Positions 57,839 through 64,000 of a stretch of DNA of 64,000 nucleotides are shown here, one piece after another. Both the position numbers and the translations under genes were made by a program. Each line of letters opens with the position of its first letter. The first letter of the stretch is position 1. The notes beneath the pieces were generated by a model. The model was given only the letters and a program-made list of their open reading frames with translations. It ran no database searches and had not been told where the DNA came from. Source of the stretch: Candidatus Latescibacterota bacterium (GTDB lineage Bacteria; Latescibacterota; UBA2968; UBA8231); the NCBI GenBank assembly GCA_965204725.1, contig OZ242005.1:512001-576000 (forward strand), written 5' to 3'.

Positions 57839-58973
57839 CAGTTCTAAATCATTTAAGAGTTATAGTATATTTCATTAACTTGGGGAATTGGCCGTATTTT
57901 TTCTGTCGAATGCCCTTAACAAATAGGTCTTTGATCTGTTCAAAACAGGTGGTCCACAATGCATGGGAACGCACAAAGGTCTTGCCTTTTAACCAGAGGT
58001 CTTCGACCGGATTTTCTTGCGGTGTATAGGGCGCCAATCGCGTACAGTCGATCTTCCACTCACCCGGCGGTAGGTCGGCCTGGGTCGTTTCGAGAAAGGT
58101 GCGCATGGCCTGTTGGTGATGATAGGAGACCCCATCCCAAAAGATCAACAGCTTTTGACCCGGACGACGCGGTTGTAGGTAGCGTATAAAATCGACGGTA
58201 TGGTGTGCGTTGGCCTTGGGATACGCTTGCATGAGGAACGTGCCTTTGCCTATATCCAAGGCCCCATAATAGGTTTGTCGTTGCCGTCCATTTTCAATGG
58301 CCACTTCCAGCCTTCGGTCTCGCGGTCCCCACCCATAGCCGCAGGCTTCGTGCCAGCGTAGATGCGACTCATCGATGAAAAAGGCACGGACTTGACCCGC
58401 TTCCAGTTCGGCCTTATGGTCCGTTAGTTTTTTTTATTTCTTCTCGTTTGTCGAGCCCCTGCTGCGGATTGGCTTTGGGCTGCCGTGCTTGGGTCTTTTT
58501 CCAGCGATAGCCGGCCTGAGCAAGCAGGTCGTAATCGCTTTGCGATGAGCGAAAGACCACGCCAAACTGCGTTTGGATATAGGAGGCTAACGCGGCGACC
58601 GAAGGCTGCGATTGGCTCGATAACCACCCCTCGAGGTGCGCCCGTTGATCGGCCGACAAATACGGCTGCGAGCCTTTATAGCCTAAGCGAAAGCAGGCGA
58701 CCCCCTCGGATAGGTAGCGCTGCTTCCACGTACTGATGAAGCTGGACTGCACCCCGAGAATGGCTTGAATCACCCCTTGTTTGAGGCCCAAAAGCGTCAT
58801 CTGAACCGCTAACGCCCGTTTCCGTTCCCGAACGTCGGGATTGCTCGCGATAAACGCCGATAACGACGAATCCGAAACCATAGAAAAACTCCTAAAAAAA
58901 ACGAAGCATGGGAAGACGTAGAAGCAAAATAGAAAAAACAACAAAACCTCGCAAATCATGTAGGAATGCTATA
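57834..58973 (-). mobile_element. IS630-family insertion sequence
   Basis: Ends TATAGCAGTTCTAAAT and ATGTAGGAATGCTATA with TA at both borders. Confidence 0.9.
57849..58881 (-). CDS. IS630 transposase in two frames (orfA 58414-58881; DDE part ends 57849), joined by a -1 shift at an A8 run
   Basis: HTH orfA ending EIKK; other frame has FIDESH, FWDGVSYH, PQENPVEDLW; T8 run at 58428-58435. Confidence 0.85.
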
Positions 58974-59567
58974 TGTATTAACTCTTCTGTCATTTTTTTT
59001 GGGTTTTTGCAGGATGAGGATGAATTGGTTATGGATGTTGGGGACGTAGGAATAGGGGTAGCCGTAAGGATAGATTTTCTTGTGCTGCTGATAAAGCACT
59101 TTCAGCCCCCGGACTTCGAGGCCGACGGATTCAAGAGAGCGTGCCAGATCGGCGTGAAACATGATGTAGCGCGATTTATCGCGGAAATCACTAACTATGA
59201 TCGCCATGTATTTCCCGAACTTTAGAGCACGTCCACATTCTCCAAACAGCCGTGTGATTTCTTTGATGAAGTCGTCATAATTCTCGATCTTGGCCAGATC
59301 ACGTGGGTCGTCGCCATAGTCAGTAGCCAAGCCGTTGGCTAGTCGCTCTTGCCGAACTTTGTGATCCTCTTTTTTGAGAATCGACCAGTAGGGCGGTGAA
59401 GTTACAACAAAATCGACGCTCTCGTCGGGGATGGTTGGCAAGACATCGCGTGCATCTCCTTCGATAATCTGTTGGTCCTCGATGATGGAGAACATGTCGC
59501 CGATCTCGGTGGCGAGGCGTTCTCGGGACAGTTCAACAAAGTGAGGGTTGATCTCGATACCTATGCC
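58956..59567 (-). pseudogene. N4-cytosine/N6-adenine DNA methyltransferase, 5'-truncated
   Basis: GIGIEINPHF, EGDARD, VVTSPPYW; motif I (FxGxG) absent, in-frame TAA at 59568-59570; 3' end reads into the IS630 end. Confidence 0.85.
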
Positions 59568-59712
59568 TTAGTAATCTAAGTTGTGGTACGACCCTGATTT
59601 AGGTTTATTTATAATCGCCCAACATTGCATCTAAATCCTAAACACAGGATCCGCACCATGTTTATTCATACGCGGAAAAAAGCACTCACGCAAGGGAAAG
59701 GAGTAAGTAAAA

Positions 59713-59982
59713 GTGGCCAGAGTTCAGTTAGTGATCCCCGACGAAGACCGCGACCGCTTCGTCCATCAGGCGCAGCGCGAAGGCATGACCTTGAGCGCGT
59801 GGCTCAGGGCCGCCGCCCGCCAACGGCTCGAAGAACAGCAGCAATCCCACCCCTTTGAATCCCTAGCCGACCTTGAGGAATTCTTCAGGGCCTGCGACGC
59901 ATTGGCAGGTCCTAGGCGAGAACCGGATTGGCAAGAGCACTTGGCCGTCATCGACGAATCACAACGGCTCACTCCGACCTAA
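59713..59982 (+). CDS. Ribbon-helix-helix antitoxin-like protein (no adjacent toxin)
   Basis: RVQLVIPD...QAQREGMTLSAWLR RHH pattern; RBS GGGAG. Confidence 0.6.
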   Translation: MARVQLVIPDEDRDRFVHQAQREGMTLSAWLRAAARQRLEEQQQSHPFESLADLEEFFRACDALAGPRREPDWQEHLAVIDESQRLTPT

Positions 59983-59993
59983 AACCCAACCCC

Positions 59994-61391
59994 ATGCACC
60001 TACCGCTCCTCCGCGCCGGCCAGCCCTACGCCAGCCTCGACCGCCTCGCCGTGGCCCACATCGCCACCGGCCAACCGCTGGCCCAAGTCAGCCAAGCCAA
60101 CCGCGGCCTAATCGCCCGCGACTTAGCCGCCCAAGAGCGCAACCGCCAAACCCTGCGAGCACTCACCGTCGCCGAACTGGTCGCCATAAGCCAACGAGCC
60201 GCCGACCTCTTCTTACACGCCGAACTGCCTGTGGGCGACGACAGCCAAACGCCCGACGCCTACGTCGCGCAAGTCTCGGCCACTACCGGCCTGCCGCAGG
60301 CACTGGCCCGCGCCAACATGGACAAAATCCACCGCGTCGGCGTCGAAATGCCCGCCGTGCTCAGCGGCCTAACCCGGGGCTTGGACCGCACCGTCCTCGA
60401 CGACGGCCCCAGTGCGCTCCACTTCGTGCCCCACGCCCACGCCCTCGGCTGCATCCTACCGAGCAATTCGCCCGGCGTCCACGCGCTGTGGCTACCAGCC
60501 ATTCCGCTCAAGACCCCGCTGGTGCTCAAGCCGGGCCGCGAAGAGCCGTGGACGCCCTATCGCATCGCCCAAGCCCTGATCGCGGCCGGCTGTCCACCCC
60601 ACGCCCTGAGCTACTACCCGACCGACCACGGCGGTAGCACCGAAATTCTGCTCGGCTGCGGCCGCTCGTTGCTGTTTGGCGGCGGTTCCACCGTAGCCCC
60701 TTGGCGCGCTGACTCCCGCGTCCAACTACACGGCCCGGGGCGCAGCAAAATTCTCATCGGCGCGGACAAAATCGACCACTGGGAAGACTACCTCGACCTC
60801 ATGGTCGCCTCCATCGCCGCCAATGGGGGTCGCTCTTGCCTCAACGCCTCGGGCGTCTGGGTGCCCGCTCGCGGCCGCGAAATAGCCGCCGCGATTGGCG
60901 AGCGTCTGAGCCAAATTGAGGCCCGTCCCCTCGACGACCCCCAAGCCCAGATCGCCGCCTTTCCCAATCCCGCAGCCGCGCACCAGATCTCGGCCTCCAT
61001 CGACGCCCAACTCGACGGCGCGGCCCAAGACACGGCCCGAGGCCGAAGCGAACGCATCGCCGCGATCGGCGGCTGCACCTTCCTCAACCCAACCTTGATC
61101 CACGCCGCCGACTGGCGTCATCCGCTCGCCAACACCGAATACCTCTTTCCTTTTGCCGCGGTCGTCGAAGTCCCCCAAGAAGAGGTGGTCGCCCGCATCG
61201 GCCCGACGCTGGTAGCGACCGCTCTGACCGAGGACGAGGGCCTAACGCGCCAACTGCTCGCGGCCCCCCACATCGAACGCCTCAACCTCGGCCCGATTCC
61301 CACCCACCAAATCGCTTGGGACCAGCCGCACGAGGGCAACCTCTTCGACTTCCTTTACCAGCAGCGCGCCTTGCAGCGCAGCACCGGATGA
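59994..61391 (+). CDS. Aldehyde dehydrogenase superfamily protein (divergent)
   Basis: LPSNSPG, LKPG, FGG, HGPGRSK, catalytic GRSCLN, EYLFPF. Confidence 0.8.
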   Translation: MHLPLLRAGQPYASLDRLAVAHIATGQPLAQVSQANRGLIARDLAAQERNRQTLRALTVAELVAISQRAADLFLHAELPVGDDSQTPDAYVAQVSATTGLPQALARANMDKIHRVGVEMPAVLSGLTRGLDRTVLDDGPSALHFVPHAHALGCILPSNSPGVHALWLPAIPLKTPLVLKPGREEPWTPYRIAQALIAAGCPPHALSYYPTDHGGSTEILLGCGRSLLFGGGSTVAPWRADSRVQLHGPGRSKILIGADKIDHWEDYLDLMVASIAANGGRSCLNASGVWVPARGREIAAAIGERLSQIEARPLDDPQAQIAAFPNPAAAHQISASIDAQLDGAAQDTARGRSERIAAIGGCTFLNPTLIHAADWRHPLANTEYLFPFAAVVEVPQEEVVARIGPTLVATALTEDEGLTRQLLAAPHIERLNLGPIPTHQIAWDQPHEGNLFDFLYQQRALQRSTG

Positions 61392-62515
61392 CCCCCTTCG
61401 ACTTTGATCCGTCCATCCGCGTAGTCTTTGGCGCCGGCACCTTGGGGCAGCTAGGCGACCTCGCCCGCGCGTTGGCTGGCCCCCGCGCCCTGCTCGTAAC
61501 CGACCCCGGTCTCGTTCAAGCCGGCCGCGCCGAACAGGCCCAACACGCCCTACAAAACGCCGGCCTAACGACAATCCTGTTCGCCTCTGTCGCGGAAAAC
61601 CCCACGACCGAACACGTAGCCGCAGGCGTCCATCACGCCCGCGCTCACGGCCCCATCGATCTAATCGTCGCTTTGGGCGGCGGCAGCGCGATGGATTGCG
61701 CCAAGGGCATCAACTTCCTGCTGACCAACGGCGGCCAAATGCAGGACTACCGGGGCTACGGCAAAACCACCCAGCCCATGCTGCCCTCCATCGGCATCCC
61801 CACCACGGCCGGCACCGGAAGTGAAGCCCAATCCTACGCCCTGATTACCTGCGCCAACACCCGGGCCAAGATGGCCTGCGGCGACCGCCGAGCGCACTTT
61901 TGCATCGCCATCCTCGACCCGAACCTGCTGGCCAGTACGCCCCAGCCCGTGCGCGCCGACGCCGGTATGGACGCCCTCTCCCACGCCATCGAAAGCTACG
62001 TCTCCACCCGCGGTACGCCGCTCTCGCAAATGTTCGCCAGCCAAGCCTGGGAACTGCTCGCGCCCCACTACGCGGCGATTGTCGCGGATCCCCAAAACGC
62101 CGCCCACGCCATGCTCTTGGGTGCTCACCTAGCCGGCACGGCCATTGAAAACTCCATGCTCGGCGCCGCCCACGCCACCGCCAACCCCCTCACCGCCCGC
62201 TACCCGCTCTCCCACGGCCGCGCTGTGGCCCTGATGCTGCCGCACGTAATCCGCTTGAACGCCCCGGCGGTGGACGATCTATACGGCGAGCTTTGCGCCA
62301 AAATCCAACTCAAGGGCCGCGCCCTCGCGCTCGCCGCTCATCTCGAAGAACTGCGTGCTATGGTGGGACTACCGCATCGGCTCGCCGATTGTCAAGTCGC
62401 GGCAAGCGACCTACCCGCCATGGCCCGAGAAGCCGCCGGCCAATGGACCGGCACCTTCAACCCGCTCCCCCTGCGAGAAGCGGATTTCCTGCGGCTTTAC
62501 GAGACGGCGTTTTGA
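61388..62515 (+). CDS. Iron-containing alcohol dehydrogenase
   Basis: VTDPG, GGGSAMDCAK, PTTAGTGSE, DALSHAIE, HATAN, HG. Confidence 0.92.
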   Translation: MTPFDFDPSIRVVFGAGTLGQLGDLARALAGPRALLVTDPGLVQAGRAEQAQHALQNAGLTTILFASVAENPTTEHVAAGVHHARAHGPIDLIVALGGGSAMDCAKGINFLLTNGGQMQDYRGYGKTTQPMLPSIGIPTTAGTGSEAQSYALITCANTRAKMACGDRRAHFCIAILDPNLLASTPQPVRADAGMDALSHAIESYVSTRGTPLSQMFASQAWELLAPHYAAIVADPQNAAHAMLLGAHLAGTAIENSMLGAAHATANPLTARYPLSHGRAVALMLPHVIRLNAPAVDDLYGELCAKIQLKGRALALAAHLEELRAMVGLPHRLADCQVAASDLPAMAREAAGQWTGTFNPLPLREADFLRLYETAF

Positions 62516-63756
62516 GGATAAGTATCCCCCACAGAATCTGCCGCGTCCTGTTCTATGTCGGCGGGAATGTGTTGTTATTCGCCTTGACTTGGGTATTTAT
62601 CGCGGTGGTCGGCGAAGTCTGGTTGCGACTACAGCGGCCTTTCCTGCATAGTAATCGGCCCATGCACTTTGTCCCGAAAGTGGGCCGGATGACCCAACCC
62701 AATGCGGAAGTGCGCGAGACGAATCGACATGATTACTGGACGGTCTCGCACACCAATGGCCATGGCTTTATCGACCGCGAACCCATCCCTCCTGAGCGCG
62801 CCGCGGCAAGCTGCCACATCGCCTTGATCGGCGATTCCTTTGTCGCCGCTGGGCAAGTACCCATCGTCGATAAATCGCACGTCCGGCTCGAAGCACTCGC
62901 CGCCCAAGTGCTGCCCGAGCTAGACGTTACCACCTCGGCATTTGGCCTCGGTGGCACCGGTCAGATCAACCAACTGCCGTTCTACGACGAATTTGCCCGA
63001 CGTCTGCGGCCCAAACTGGTGGTGCTCGTGTTTGTAGCCAACGATTTCACTGACAATTCCTCGGTCTTGAAGAGCCTGGTCTATAGATGGGATCCAGACC
63101 GAATGCCGTGGGTATCCGCCCGCCGAGACGCCGATGGCCGCATGAGGCTGCTCCCGCCCGACCCCGACGGTGGACGACCGCTGCCCGCTGCGAGACCCCC
63201 GCCCTATAACCCTGTGAAGCGCGTACTCAAGCGTGCGTCGCGGCATTCCTATTTCGCGAATTGGTTGGATGCCAAGCTCAGTAGGCTCGGGGTGTTTCCT
63301 TCTTACGACATAGCCGAAAAGTTGCGCCAACGCCCCGGTTACGCATCGTTGTTGGGCGGCTGGCAACCCACGCCGGGGCAGCACGTAGATTCGATATTCA
63401 ACCAAAAGGACCTGCCGCCGTTTTTCGAGGCCGCCTTGGACTTCACGGCTTTCGGCTTAGATCAGTTCAAGCAACGCGCCGACCGCGACGGGGCATCGTT
63501 GGCGATCCTATCCACCCACACGATGGGGACCCGCGGCGACCCTGCTTATGACCGCATGCACGCCTTGGCCACCGTGCGGGGGATTCCCGTCATTGACCAG
63601 TCCGCCTACATTCGCCGCCAAGGTGCGGAGCCCAAGGATGCACGTTGGCGGCACGACTTCCATTGGAACGCCGCCGGTCACCAGTGGGCGGCCGAAGCCT
63701 TGAGCGAATACCTCAAGCGGAACCCAGCCATCTGCCGAGCGGCCAAGCCGCGCTGA
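62512..63756 (+). CDS. SGNH/GDSL hydrolase-like membrane-anchored protein
   Basis: N-terminal TM; IGDSF, ND, DFHWNAAGH; TTG start assumed (TTGA overlap). Confidence 0.75.
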   Translation: MRISIPHRICRVLFYVGGNVLLFALTWVFIAVVGEVWLRLQRPFLHSNRPMHFVPKVGRMTQPNAEVRETNRHDYWTVSHTNGHGFIDREPIPPERAAASCHIALIGDSFVAAGQVPIVDKSHVRLEALAAQVLPELDVTTSAFGLGGTGQINQLPFYDEFARRLRPKLVVLVFVANDFTDNSSVLKSLVYRWDPDRMPWVSARRDADGRMRLLPPDPDGGRPLPAARPPPYNPVKRVLKRASRHSYFANWLDAKLSRLGVFPSYDIAEKLRQRPGYASLLGGWQPTPGQHVDSIFNQKDLPPFFEAALDFTAFGLDQFKQRADRDGASLAILSTHTMGTRGDPAYDRMHALATVRGIPVIDQSAYIRRQGAEPKDARWRHDFHWNAAGHQWAAEALSEYLKRNPAICRAAKPR

Positions 63757-63779
63757 CTTCTAATCTACTTTCCCCCAAT

Positions 63780-64000
63780 ATGCCACTCTACTTCCTAGCT
63801 CTTCTCCTATTCACTACCGCCGCCGCCGACACTTGGAACTCCTTTCGCGGCAACCCCCAACTCACCGGCGTCGCCTCCGCCAACCTCGCTCCACCCCTAA
63901 CGCTGCTCTGGGCCTATTCCACTCAAGACGCGATTGAATCCACCGCTGCCCTTGGCGCGGGCCGGGTGTACGTCGGCGCGCTCAACGGCCAGCTCTATGC
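63780..64000 (+). CDS. PQQ-like (BamB-type) beta-propeller protein, N-terminal part (runs off window)
   Basis: Own translation: signal peptide, WNSFRGNPQLTG, LLW, IESTAA...RVYVGALNGQLY. Confidence 0.8.
   Translation, partial: MPLYFLALLLFTTAAADTWNSFRGNPQLTGVASANLAPPLTLLWAYSTQDAIESTAALGAGRVYVGALNGQLY

Noticed and set aside
1-64000. Replication origin or terminus inferred from parA and skew changes
   Set aside because: No dnaA/dnaN/gidA, DnaA-box cluster or dif-like site seen; skew flips are local and repeated

Overview
GC-rich bacterial chromosomal segment. Gene content (LytR_C-rsfS pairing, GT2 fusion, UvrB/C-motif protein, TolC, ASH-repeat protein) suggests a diderm of the FCB/PVC type; this is inference only. 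Positions 1-51.1 kb are mostly housekeeping and envelope genes: mtnA, mltD-like, mreD-mrdA-rodA, a sensor-less sigma54 activator next to an orphan ParA, mazG, ppk2, glycan genes, ABC parts, xylonate-type dehydratase, ubiX, RsmF-like, Mrp, a DksA variant, TolC, tal, GmhA-like, polyprenyl synthase and uvrB. Positions 51.2-60 kb hold dnaK between two lower-GC, decaying accessory islands. The left island has a consensus sigma54 promoter, an Mrr-type nuclease, hicAB, an IS5 splitting an unknown gene, and two miniature elements with IS630-like and IS5-like ends that carry the same 27-bp REP-like hairpin. The right island has truncated C5 and amino DNA methyltransferases on either side of an IS630, plus an orphan antitoxin. 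The window ends in an ALDH / Fe-ADH / SGNH / PQQ-propeller cluster. Two window-wide signals stand out: CCWGG is scarce while its deamination products are common, and G/T versus C/A strand asymmetry is mirrored around insertion sites. No rRNA, tRNA or CRISPR array was seen. All calls come from reading motifs by eye; no searches were run.
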